In this document: piece after piece, positions 47,525 through 55,622 of the stretch
Numbering within the stretch: position 1 is the stretch's first letter
How the letters are laid out: every line of letters begins with the position of its first letter
Assembly: GCA_002238425.1 (NCBI GenBank)
Contig: MPMJ01000009.1
Location: 20,209 to 84,208 of the forward strand
DNA from: SAR202 cluster bacterium bin16
GTDB taxonomy: Bacteria > Chloroflexota > Dehalococcoidia > Lucifugimonadales > Australimonadaceae
Reading direction: 5' to 3'
Length of the DNA stretch: 64,000 bases
Translations under genes and position numbers: made by a program
The notes under the pieces: model-generated
Databases searched by the model: none
The model's input: the letters and a program-made list of their open reading frames with translations, nothing else
Told to the model about the DNA's origin: nothing

Positions 47525-48190
47525 GTGTACTCAGCCTCATCCAACAACAGGATTGTCGGGCTCGGCTTCATCGCGCTGGGCGTCCTGTTCCTGCTGCCGC
47601 TCATCAGCGGCTTCGAGTTCTCCTTCAGCGACTGGTGGCCCCTCTTCCTCATTCTCATGGGGTTCGGCAGCCTCTCCAAGGGGAGCACGAAGGGCGGCCT
47701 CATCGCCATCGGCATCGGGGTCGTGTTCCTGCTGAGCAACCTGGACATCCTGAGCATCAGCTTCTGGCTGCTCTGGCCGGTCGCGCTCATCGCCGTCGGG
47801 GTGGCCATCCTCTTCGGCCACTCCCGCTCCCGCCAGGCCGCGAACGACGCTGCGCCCGCGGGCGACGACCTCGCCGTCACTGCCCTCTTCTCGGGTAGTG
47901 AGCAGCGCATCGACAGCCAGCGCTTCAACGGCGGCAACGTCTCGGTCACTTTCGGCGGCGCGGAGATAGACCTGCGCGGCGCCGCGATGGACGGAGACGC
48001 GGCCACCATCAACGTCAACGCGGTATTCGGCGGCGTGAAGTTCCAGGTCCCGACCGGCTGGGCCGTCCATGTCCGCGCCGATTCGACGTTCGGCGGCGTC
48101 GAGAAGAAGCGCCCCGACCCCGCCGAACCCAAAGCCACGCTCACCATCACCGGCTCATGCCTCTTCGGCGGCATCGAGATCACGTCCTGA
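47525..48190 (+). CDS. LiaF-like membrane protein (N-terminal TM region plus C-terminal beta-rich LiaF/DUF2154-like domain)
   Basis: GTG 47525 after AGGAGA. About 4 TM segments, then VTFGGAEIDLRGA...INVNAVFGGVKFQVPTGWAV...GSCLFGGIEI. Confidence 0.65.
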   Translation: MYSASSNNRIVGLGFIALGVLFLLPLISGFEFSFSDWWPLFLILMGFGSLSKGSTKGGLIAIGIGVVFLLSNLDILSISFWLLWPVALIAVGVAILFGHSRSRQAANDAAPAGDDLAVTALFSGSEQRIDSQRFNGGNVSVTFGGAEIDLRGAAMDGDAATINVNAVFGGVKFQVPTGWAVHVRADSTFGGVEKKRPDPAEPKATLTITGSCLFGGIEITS

Positions 48191-48209
48191 ACCCGACAGG
48201 AGCAACGCC

Positions 48210-49061
48210 ATGACGACCCAACGACCCAACGACAAGGCCGAAGACCTCATCAACGTAAACAACACCGTCATCCTCACCAACCTGCCCATCGGACAGCAGA
48301 TCAAACTCCGCGACGGCACGGTTGCCGAGGTGACCGCCAACCCGCGCGACGGCGGATGGGTGCGCGCGCGATACGTGGAACACGCCTCCAACGCCACACT
48401 CGTCGGCACCGAGGAGATGATCTTCGCCACCGATGTCACCGGCATCCTCGAGACCCCGGACGCCACGCCGTTCGCTCCGGCCGACGCCGGCCCCGAGCGC
48501 GCTGTCGGCCTCGCCCGGCCCGTTACGATAACGACGCCGGAGCAGAGCCTGGAGCGCCTCCTGTTCGAGCGTGAGATCGAGCGCTTCCTCTACCGCGAGG
48601 CCGAGCTCCTGGACGACCGCCGCTTCAACGACTGGATCGAGCTCGTGGCCGAGGACATCCATTACCACATGCCCGTCCGCCGCAACGTCAAGTTCGGTGA
48701 GCAGCACCGCGAGAACACCGACCCCGAGTCCGAGATATCGTGGTTCGACGAGGGCAAGCGCACGCTCGCGGGCCGCGTCCGCCAGATCAACACCGGCCTC
48801 CACTGGGCCGAGGAGCCGTTCTCCCGCATCCGCCACGTCATCAGCAACGTTCAGGTCGGCGAACTGCAGGGCGACGAGGTTCCCGTCCGCAGCAATTTCT
48901 TCGTCTGGTCCAACCGCCTGCACGACGAGGTCAACGTCTTCGTCGGCACGCGCCACGACGTCCTCCGCCGCGACCCGGACACCGGCTGGAAGATCGCCCG
49001 CCGCCTCATCCTGCTGGACCAGAACGTCCTCCTCTCCAAGGTAATCACGACCTTCTTCTAG
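48210..49061 (+). CDS. ring-hydroxylating dioxygenase beta subunit with a ~110-aa N-terminal extension
   Basis: Trimmed to ATG 48210. Residues from about 112 onward align with the canonical beta subunit 60132..60674 (FLY.EA.LLD...W..L...D..YH.P...N; both end LSK..T.FF). The N-terminal part is unassigned. Confidence 0.8.
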   Translation: MTTQRPNDKAEDLINVNNTVILTNLPIGQQIKLRDGTVAEVTANPRDGGWVRARYVEHASNATLVGTEEMIFATDVTGILETPDATPFAPADAGPERAVGLARPVTITTPEQSLERLLFEREIERFLYREAELLDDRRFNDWIELVAEDIHYHMPVRRNVKFGEQHRENTDPESEISWFDEGKRTLAGRVRQINTGLHWAEEPFSRIRHVISNVQVGELQGDEVPVRSNFFVWSNRLHDEVNVFVGTRHDVLRRDPDTGWKIARRLILLDQNVLLSKVITTFF

Positions 49062-49068
49062 GAGCGTC

Positions 49069-49395
49069 ATGGCACTCACCGCGGAATGGCGCTCCTTCGG
49101 AGAGTTCGACGTCGTCCTCGTCGTCGAGGACGGCATCGTGCGCGAGGCGATGACCGCGGAGCCCGCCATCCTCAATAACTTCCTCACCTCCATGAGCGGC
49201 CTCCGCTCCTGGCGCAGCGACCACGCCGTCGAGGGCGAGAAAGACCATCCCGAGCCGTGGGGCGCCCTCGTCATCTCCCGCGCCGAGACCGGCGAGATCA
49301 TCGACATGGACCCGCAACGCTTCTGGACCGGCGTCCACATCTGGTTCCGCTCCCGCGGCGTCGACTACGACACCCCAATAGCAGCGGGGGCGTAG
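49069..49395 (+). CDS. hypothetical protein (108 aa), last gene of the dioxygenase operon
   Basis: AGGAG overlaps the upstream stop, with ATG 8 nt later. No recognisable domain. Confidence 0.45.
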   Translation: MALTAEWRSFGEFDVVLVVEDGIVREAMTAEPAILNNFLTSMSGLRSWRSDHAVEGEKDHPEPWGALVISRAETGEIIDMDPQRFWTGVHIWFRSRGVDYDTPIAAGA

Positions 49396-49403
49396 GTTCC
49401 ACC

Positions 49404-49427
49404 GTCATTCCCGCGGAGGCAGGAATC
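49404..49427 (+). repeat. 24-nt REP-like element GTCATTCC-CGCGGAGGCA-GGAATC
   Basis: Imperfect hairpin with one mismatch. Sits between the operon end and the RAYT stop. Confidence 0.65.
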
Positions 49428-49481
49428 CAGAGTCACCGCCAGATCACGCGACAGGGCGTGGGACAGGCGTAATCCCCTTTT

Positions 49482-50066
49482 CTACGGCCTTCTCCTGTGC
49501 AACACCGGGTTCTCAGCGTCGTCATCCCAGCGAGCCGGGTTCTCCATGATGTACTGGCGTATGCGGTTCAGGGCGGTTTCGTTCCGTATCACGTGTTCAT
49601 AGTAGTTGCGTTGCCAGAACGAGGCGCCCTGCGTGCCTTGGAGGGCGTTGATACGCCTGGCGGAGAACGTCTTGAAGGCCCTGACGATTTCCGACAATGC
49701 GTGGCGCGGCGCACCCCCGTCCCCGACCCCGGCCCCGGTAGGGGCAGGTTTGAAACCTGCCCCTACCCCTGTCGACGCCTCGCCATCCCCATCGTCCACA
49801 CCGCCTGCGCCTGCGCTCGTCAACACCACGATTCCATGCACGTGATTCGGCATCACCACCCAGGCATCCAACCCTACGTGCGGATAATGGCGCGGCAACT
49901 CCTCCCATACGGCCTGCACGATCCGTCCGGCCTCGCTGAGGCGCATCTCGCCTCCCAGCGCCTGGCCAAGGAGACACTCCCGGTTCCGAATGCACACTGT
50001 CACGACATACGCCCCATCACGGGCATAGTCAAAGCCGCGCAGTCGTATGGAATGCCTCCGGCGCAC
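49482..50066 (-). CDS. REP-associated tyrosine transposase (RAYT, IS200/IS605 Y1 HUH family)
   Basis: (GTG start) RRRHSIRLRGFDYARDGAYVVTVC, the HUH motif MPNHVHGIVV, and the catalytic Tyr region FWQRNYYEHVIRN. Confidence 0.8.
   Translation of the reverse strand: MRRRHSIRLRGFDYARDGAYVVTVCIRNRECLLGQALGGEMRLSEAGRIVQAVWEELPRHYPHVGLDAWVVMPNHVHGIVVLTSAGAGGVDDGDGEASTGVGAGFKPAPTGAGVGDGGAPRHALSEIVRAFKTFSARRINALQGTQGASFWQRNYYEHVIRNETALNRIRQYIMENPARWDDDAENPVLHRRRP
49737..49767. repeat. perfect 31-nt palindrome inside the RAYT coding sequence
   Basis: GGTAGGGGCAGGTTT-G-AAACCTGCCCCTACC has 15-bp arms. It encodes the GAGFKPAPTGAG insert between the HUH and Tyr regions. Confidence 0.8.
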
Positions 50067-50084
50067 TGGGACGCCGAAGGGATA

Positions 50085-51300
50085 TCAAAGGGCCAACATT
50101 GTCCTCAGGTAGGGTTAACGAATGGAACGTTCAATGAGCCACGAAAGTACGACTGCAGGTGGGAACTACAGACCACTTTACCAATCTCGCGCTCCTCGTC
50201 ACAGAGCCAAATGATGCATCCCTGTAGCAGGGACTGTGGCGTGCGATTGTCGGGTCTAGTTTCACAATGAACGCAGAACTCCTCGCTATTCACAGGTGGT
50301 TTCTCAGCAATCTTGAACGCTACTTCGCTGTAGTCATAAAGCCTTGAAGCGTCCTTGCCACAATTAGGGCAAGTATTTGCGAGGTAATTGAAAGGGAAAT
50401 AGGAACTGGGCTGCATTCCAAGAGACACGCCTTCTTGTTTGGCAAGGGCAATCTCGTCACTGTTGAATCCTTCGGGGCCGTAAAACCGCAGAAGAGGTGT
50501 ATCAGTCTTCACTACAGATTGTTGAACTATGTGAGCACAGTTTGTGCACTGTTTTTCGAATCTGTACAGGGAGCGTCGCCTTAGGGGTCCATAGCAGCCC
50601 TTGCACTTCGGTCTAGTACACACTGGAATCGATGATGCCGTTGGAGTGAGAGGTGTACCTTTATCAAGGCGTTCCAAGTCATGTACTGTTTCTACTTTAA
50701 ACACAACCAAGTATGCCTCATTCTGGCGAGCGTAATCCCAAACCGGTGCCTCCGGCTCATGCGTCACTACAACCTCAACCAGAACGCGAGGCTTCCGGTA
50801 CCGGTCAAATACTGTGACATCTGGCTGAATCGAGCCCAAAGACTCTTCTAATTCGACTGTCGACGCCAACTCGGTCAGGTTCCCCTGATGAGTATCCTGA
50901 CACTCGCAACATCGCCACCGGAAAGGAATGTCCTCTCCTCGGGAAATAGCATTGCAGATTCTATCGTGCAACAAGCGTTTCCCAAGCTTGTGAAGAAGCG
51001 ACTCCCCGTCGCAGTTCTCTTCTTGAAGATGTGCGAAGTGGTGCACATTAGTGTTACCTTTGCGCGCCACTAGTGTGCCACCGCACTCAGGGCAGACACA
51101 ATGGCATGCCAAACCTCTGGGTACATCACCTATGTGGACAAGGTGTCCATCTTTTTCGCCATATGGAATCTTGAGAGTCATTCAGAAGCACCTACCTCCA
51201 AAGCTTAGCCTGTCTCCATGCTGTGTATCACGGTTGCGATAGTCGCCGTAGCTGTCGTGCCTCCGTCTACGCTCATACAGGATAGCATCGGGTTCAGTGT
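50085..51300. other. low-GC single-gene island
   Basis: Hand counts of 60-nt lines give 24-33 G+C here, versus about 40-42 in flanking genes. Contains only 50105..51181. Confidence 0.7.
50105..51181 (-). CDS. CoiA-like PD-(D/E)xK nuclease-family protein with additional zinc ribbons
   Basis: CPECGGTLVARKGNTNVHHFAH...GESLLHKLGKRLL...IQPDVTVF...VLVEVVVTH parallels the CoiA N-terminal and nuclease motifs. Further CxxC pairs: CCECQ, CTRPKCKGC, CTNC, CPNC, CVHC. Confidence 0.7.
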   Translation of the reverse strand: MTLKIPYGEKDGHLVHIGDVPRGLACHCVCPECGGTLVARKGNTNVHHFAHLQEENCDGESLLHKLGKRLLHDRICNAISRGEDIPFRWRCCECQDTHQGNLTELASTVELEESLGSIQPDVTVFDRYRKPRVLVEVVVTHEPEAPVWDYARQNEAYLVVFKVETVHDLERLDKGTPLTPTASSIPVCTRPKCKGCYGPLRRRSLYRFEKQCTNCAHIVQQSVVKTDTPLLRFYGPEGFNSDEIALAKQEGVSLGMQPSSYFPFNYLANTCPNCGKDASRLYDYSEVAFKIAEKPPVNSEEFCVHCETRPDNRTPQSLLQGCIIWLCDEEREIGKVVCSSHLQSYFRGSLNVPFVNPT

Positions 51301-51313
51301 CCCTCCCTCTCCC

Positions 51314-51346
51314 CTTCCGTCACATTTGTGACATCTGCCCGTTGCG
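51314..51346 (+). promoter_or_regulatory. conserved upstream block with inverted repeat GTCACA-TT-TGTGAC followed by GCCCGTTGCG (cassette copy 2)
   Basis: CTTCCGTCACATTTGTGACATCTGCCCGTTGCG matches the reverse complement of 6762..6798. Confidence 0.55.
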
Positions 51347-51445
51347 CACCCAATCAACCCTTCCCTACCCTGTTCCCAACGGCCCACCCAGCCCGCGCCA
51401 TCGCCGGGATGACGGGCCGATACCACAGAGGAGGAATGGCCAGAA

Positions 51446-51847
51446 ATGGCGCAAAATGGCTCACTTTTCAGAGATGACGCACTCACCCACCGTCAGGCAG
51501 TGGCTCTCCCGCACATCGCGGCCGAATCCAACCTGGAGCGAGCAGCCGAAGCAGCCCAGATAGGCAGGCGGACGCTCACACGGTGGATGAACGACCCCGC
51601 CTTCCGAGCGGAACTTGAGCGCATCAGGCAGAACGTCTCAGACCTCGGTTTCAACGTGGTGGAAGGACTCACCCTCAAGAGCGCTATCCGCCTCGACCAG
51701 CTGCTCGACGACCCGGACCCCAACGTACGACTCCGTGCCCTGAAGGCTGCGCTCTCCATCTCCCTCTCCGTGAAGGAGCAGAAGGAGCTCCGGCGCCGGC
51801 TCGACATGCTGGAGAACACTCAGGTCATGATGAGGCAGCAGCGATGA
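51446..51847 (+). CDS. helix-turn-helix protein of HTH cassette copy 2
   Basis: 133 aa. AAQIGRRTLTRWMNDPAFRAELERIR. Paralog of 6110..6562. Confidence 0.65.
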   Translation: MAQNGSLFRDDALTHRQAVALPHIAAESNLERAAEAAQIGRRTLTRWMNDPAFRAELERIRQNVSDLGFNVVEGLTLKSAIRLDQLLDDPDPNVRLRALKAALSISLSVKEQKELRRRLDMLENTQVMMRQQR

Positions 51848-52218
51848 GGCGCGCTACAAGAGCGCTCGAGCGGTACTACGGCTGTCTGCTGGCGCAGGCG
51901 GCGCTCGACCCCATCGCCGGGGACTACGTCTTGCGCTGGGTGGACGCGATAGAGCGCGGTGAGCACCCGCCGGACCCTACGGACCTCTTCATAGCCGCTG
52001 CAGATGTGCGTGTCCCCGTACTCAGCCCGGAGCCGGTTATGGCGTACCTCAGGCAGTGCTTCAAGACCCAGCGCATCCCGGACGAGACCCGCATCGTGCA
52101 GGCCATCGCCCACGCCTACGCGGAGCGAGACCTGATGAAGGTGGGTGAAACGTGCCACTGCCCGGCGCGGCGTCCGCTCTTCCAGCGGCCCAGGCGCGAT
52201 GGCTTCCGTGGGGACTAG
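51844..52218 (+). CDS. hypothetical protein, partner gene of HTH cassette copy 2 (GETCxCP motif)
   Basis: 124 aa. ATGA overlap with the HTH gene. Paralog of 5646..6113. Confidence 0.6.
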   Translation: MRRATRALERYYGCLLAQAALDPIAGDYVLRWVDAIERGEHPPDPTDLFIAAADVRVPVLSPEPVMAYLRQCFKTQRIPDETRIVQAIAHAYAERDLMKVGETCHCPARRPLFQRPRRDGFRGD

Positions 52219-52238
52219 GAATGAGAACGGGAGTACCC

Positions 52239-52262
52239 GTCGTTCCTGCGGAGGCAGGAACC
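52239..52262 (+). repeat. 24-nt REP-like hairpin GTCGTTCC-TGCGGAGGCA-GGAACC
   Basis: Perfect 8-bp stem GTTCCTGC/GCAGGAAC with a GGAG loop. A variant of the GTCATTCC family. Confidence 0.65.
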
Positions 52263-52303
52263 CCGCAGCCCTGGGGGGACGTGGCGAGGGCTGTGTGGGG
52301 CTT

Positions 52304-52339
52304 GTCATTCCGAGCGGAGTGCAGCGGAGCCGAGGAATC
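52304..52339 (+). repeat. 36-nt REP-like element sharing GTCATTCC...GGAATC termini
   Basis: GTCATTCCGAGCGGAGTGCAGCGGAGCCGAGGAATC. Only the 5-bp termini pair; there is an internal GCGGAG direct repeat. Confidence 0.5.
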
Positions 52340-52499
52340 TCTCGGGCCAGGCCCCGTTGTTGGCCAGCGCTCCGTGAGAGGATGCTGCGCGCTGAAGCGC
52401 GGGCTGCGCTCAGCATGACAACCCCCGGGGCGTTGCCCCCTTTCCCGCGACGCGCGTACGATAGCGCCCTCAAACCCGGCCACCCGCAGGAGGACCAAC

Positions 52500-52935
52500 G
52501 TGTTGCCAACCAGGATCCGAACAGCCCGCTTCGCCGGATGGCGCGCATCCCTCGCCCTGCCGCTTGTCCTCGTCATGCTCCTCGGCCTGGCCGTTGCCTG
52601 CGCCGAACCCACCCCGACGCCAACACCAACACCGACCCCCACCCCCACGCCAACCGCCACACCCACTCCCCCCCCCACCCGCCCCCCCCCCCCCCGAGCC
52701 TCCCCCTGCCGCTGGCGGAGGCGGCATCCTGGGCAAGGACCTCTTCGCCCTCCTCGACGAAGCCGACGTTGCCTGCATCAAGGAGTCGGCGGGCGAAGCC
52801 ATGTTCGCTATCGCCGAGCAGATGACCATCACCATGGCGCTGGCCAACGACCCGGCCGGGGCCGTCATCTTCCAATGCCTCTCAGAGGAGACGATCGCGC
52901 AGCTCGGCGCCGCCATCATCGCTGCAGGAGGTTGA
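52500..52935 (+). pseudogene. small PT-linker lipoprotein interrupted by a +1 frameshift in a poly-C tract
   Basis: GTG 52500 after AGGAGG gives a signal peptide, lipobox LAVAC and a PTPTPT linker. After the C-runs the sensible continuation (GILGKDLFALLDEADVACIKE...) is in the frame of track ORF 52564..52935. Confidence 0.55.
52682..52695 (+). repeat. C14 homopolymer (preceded by a C9 run at 52668-52676)
   Basis: Read directly from the sequence. Coincides with the frame change of the lipoprotein gene. Confidence 0.9.
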
Positions 52936-52939
52936 GGAC

Positions 52940-54031
52940 ATGGACAGAACGACGTTCCGGGCGATAGACGGCGACGGCCACATCCGCGAACGCGACGCCG
53001 AGATATGGCAGTACCTCGATGAGCCCTACGGCTCGTCCGAGATTACGCTCAACTACCCGTTCTTCCCCTCACTGGACGGCTTCCAGCGAGGCGCGTTCGG
53101 CGCGGCGGCCGGCGCGCACAAGCGCAGGGAGGGCGTCATCGACGTCCCCGCCTGGCAGCGTCTCCTCGACGAGATAGGCCTCGACTACGCCGTCCTCTAC
53201 CCCACCGCCGGGCTGGGCGTCGGCATGATCCAGGACCCGGACTGGGCCACCGCCGTCTGCCGCGGCTACAACAGTTGGCTCGACGCCGTGTACCGGCAGG
53301 TCGACTCCCGCCTCGTCGGCGTCGCGCTGCTCCCGCTGCAGGACGTCGACGCCGCCGTAAAGGAGCTGCGCCGCAGCGTCACCGAGCTCGGCATGGTCGG
53401 CGGCATGCTCCCGGCCAACAGCGCCAACATGGGCGTCCGCAGTCCCCTCGGCGACGAGATGTTCTGGCCGCTCTACGAGGAGGCGCAGCGGCTGAACGTG
53501 CCCCTCGCCGTCCACGGCGCACCGTCGGTCGGCCTCGGCATCGACTTCAACCGCAGCGTCACCTTCGCCAACGTGCTGGAGCACCCGCTCTCCGTCATGA
53601 TCCAGCTCGCCAGCATGTTCCTCGAGGGTGTCTTCGACGAGTTCCCAGACCTCCGCGTCGCCTACCTGGAGGCCAACACCGGGTGGATGCCCTACATGAT
53701 GGACCGCATGTCCGGCAAGAAGCGCCGCGGACGCACCGACTCCGCCGACCTCATGCACAGCGGGCGCGTGCTCGTGAGCGTCGAAGGCGCGGACCCCGGC
53801 CTCCCCTACGCCGTCGACCGCCTCGGCGAGGACGCCATCATCTACGCCACCGACTACCCGCACGAGACGAAGGAGATGGTCGCCGAGGAGCTGGACGAGG
53901 CTCTCGCCCGCACCGACCTCCCGGAGCGCGTGCTCCGCAAGATCTACCGCGACAACGCCGTCCGCCTCTACAACTGGCAGGGCCCCACGCAGGAGGCGGC
54001 CACACAACCCGCGGCCACCGCAAACGCGTAG
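52940..54031 (+). CDS. amidohydrolase_2 family protein
   Basis: IDGDGHIRE and ATDYPHET motifs. AGGAGG upstream. Similar to 14919..15944. Confidence 0.85.
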   Translation: MDRTTFRAIDGDGHIRERDAEIWQYLDEPYGSSEITLNYPFFPSLDGFQRGAFGAAAGAHKRREGVIDVPAWQRLLDEIGLDYAVLYPTAGLGVGMIQDPDWATAVCRGYNSWLDAVYRQVDSRLVGVALLPLQDVDAAVKELRRSVTELGMVGGMLPANSANMGVRSPLGDEMFWPLYEEAQRLNVPLAVHGAPSVGLGIDFNRSVTFANVLEHPLSVMIQLASMFLEGVFDEFPDLRVAYLEANTGWMPYMMDRMSGKKRRGRTDSADLMHSGRVLVSVEGADPGLPYAVDRLGEDAIIYATDYPHETKEMVAEELDEALARTDLPERVLRKIYRDNAVRLYNWQGPTQEAATQPAATANA

Positions 54032-54046
54032 GTCTGTCAGAGCCCG

Positions 54047-54907
54047 ATGCAACCAGACACGCTCCACACCGCTGGCCCGGACGCCGCAGCCACCGTCCGG
54101 TACACCTACTGGGCGCTCTACGCCTACGGCCACGAGGTCACGCGCAACGAGAACGAGTTGCGCGTCTTCCCTCGCGTCGACGGCGCCCAGTCCAACGCCA
54201 CCTGGGAGGTGCGCACCACGCCGGACGGCGAGCGAACGGAGCACCACGACGCCTTCGGCAACCGCGTCCTGCGCTCCCTTGTCACGCAACCGCACCGCGA
54301 GATGTACATCGAGGCGACCGGCTCCGTGGACATCCGCCTTGCGCAGGAGCCGGTTACCGACCTCCGGATGGAGGTCTACCGGCAGCGCCTGCTCCCCACC
54401 GAGGTCTACCTCGCGAAGTCGGCGCTCGTGGACCCTGCCGCGCTCGCCGGGCAGGCGGAGGTGGCTGCGGGCGGCGCGGTATCGCTGTTGGAGACCGTCG
54501 AGGCGGTCACCGCCTGGCTGCGCCGCAACATCGTCTACGAGCGCGGCTACACCTCCGTATTCACCACCGCGGAGGAGGCTGTCGCGCGGGGCCACGGCGT
54601 CTGCCAGGACTACGCCCACGTCGCCATCGGCCTGCTCCGCGCCCTCGGCATCCCCGCGCGCTACGTCTCCGGCCTGCTCTCCACCCAGGTCGGAGAAACG
54701 CACGCATGGATCGAGTTCCAGCACCCGGACCACGGCTGGCTCGCCGCCGACCCTACGAGGGGGCTCATGCTCCCCGGCCCAACGGAACTGCTGACATTCG
54801 CCGTAGGCCGCGACTACAACGACGCCCGCCCCAGCATCGGCTCGTTCGAGCCGCCCGGCCAGGGCGGGCTGGTGTCGATAGTGGCCAGCGTGCAGCTGCC
54901 GGCCTAG
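54047..54907 (+). CDS. transglutaminase-like family protein
   Basis: GVCQDYAHVAIGLLRALGIPARYVSG...THAWIEF...DPT carries the Cys-His-Asp core. Confidence 0.85.
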   Translation: MQPDTLHTAGPDAAATVRYTYWALYAYGHEVTRNENELRVFPRVDGAQSNATWEVRTTPDGERTEHHDAFGNRVLRSLVTQPHREMYIEATGSVDIRLAQEPVTDLRMEVYRQRLLPTEVYLAKSALVDPAALAGQAEVAAGGAVSLLETVEAVTAWLRRNIVYERGYTSVFTTAEEAVARGHGVCQDYAHVAIGLLRALGIPARYVSGLLSTQVGETHAWIEFQHPDHGWLAADPTRGLMLPGPTELLTFAVGRDYNDARPSIGSFEPPGQGGLVSIVASVQLPA

Positions 54908-55530
54908 GCCTGCACGGACTCCTTGCCCTCGATGCGCCGCACGAAACCGACCAGCGCATAGATGAGCGGGGTGTCCAGCGCGGCGATGCCCAGCTTGATG
55001 ACGTACTGCACGTAGATGAGCTCCCACAGCACGCCGCCCGGCACGTTCCCCGCGAAGGCGATGGAGACGAAGATGGCGGAGTCCAGCGCCTGCGAGACCA
55101 TGGTGGAGCCGTTGTTCCGCAGCCAGAGGTGCTTGTCCTTCGTCACCTTCTTCAGGATGTGGAACAGGATGACGTCATTATTCTGGGAGATGAGGTACGC
55201 GATCATCGACGCCAGCACGATGCGCGGCACCGAGCCAAGGATATCATCGTAAGCCCCCTGCCCTTCCCACCACGGAGCGCCGGGGATGATGCCGCCGACG
55301 TAGGTGAGCAGCACAACCATCAGGCTCAGGGCGAACCCCGTCCAGACCACGATGGCAACGGTGCGCCTGCCGTACACCTCGGAGATGGTGTCGGTGACGA
55401 GGAAGGTCAGCGGGTATGCGATGAAGCTGACCGACACCTCCCAACCGCCCAGCGTAACGATCTTCGTGGCGATGATGTTCGCCACCACCAGGAACGTCGT
55501 GAAGGCCATCGCGAGCACAGCCAGCGGCAT
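54904..55530 (-). CDS. yhhQ: queuosine-precursor transporter (YhhQ/VUT family)
   Basis: VVANIIATKIV...YPLTFLVTDTISEVYGRR is the YhhQ/DUF165 signature. GGAGGGA RBS. 4-nt convergent overlap with the transglutaminase-like gene. Confidence 0.85.
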   Translation of the reverse strand: MPLAVLAMAFTTFLVVANIIATKIVTLGGWEVSVSFIAYPLTFLVTDTISEVYGRRTVAIVVWTGFALSLMVVLLTYVGGIIPGAPWWEGQGAYDDILGSVPRIVLASMIAYLISQNNDVILFHILKKVTKDKHLWLRNNGSTMVSQALDSAIFVSIAFAGNVPGGVLWELIYVQYVIKLGIAALDTPLIYALVGFVRRIEGKESVQA

Positions 55531-55622
55531 CGGTTCCCTCCATGGATGGGTCGCGGCACCCGGAAGATTTCGTGAGTATATCCGTTCTGCGTCGTTTGGG
55601 AATCACTCGGGTGCGGGCCGGT

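Noticed and set aside
6799-51313. Composite transposon or recent genomic island bounded by the inverted HTH cassettes
   Set aside because: The cassette copies share only about half their residues. No IS transposase or integrase sits at the ends, no direct repeats were seen, and interior GC is indistinguishable from the flanks. It is kept only as a low-confidence structural note in the findings.
53069-55575. 652-aa minus ORF (53069..55027) and 766-aa plus ORF (53275..55575)
   Set aside because: Both overlap, out of frame or antisense, the amidohydrolase, transglutaminase-like and yhhQ genes, which carry recognisable family motifs. The long ORFs have none.
55531-55622. Possible preQ1 riboswitch in the leader of the yhhQ-type transporter
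   Set aside because: I reverse-complemented the leader and did not find the conserved preQ1-I core (short hairpin followed by a CCC...UAAAAAACUA-like tail) or a convincing class II/III pattern. An Rfam/Infernal scan would be needed to settle it.
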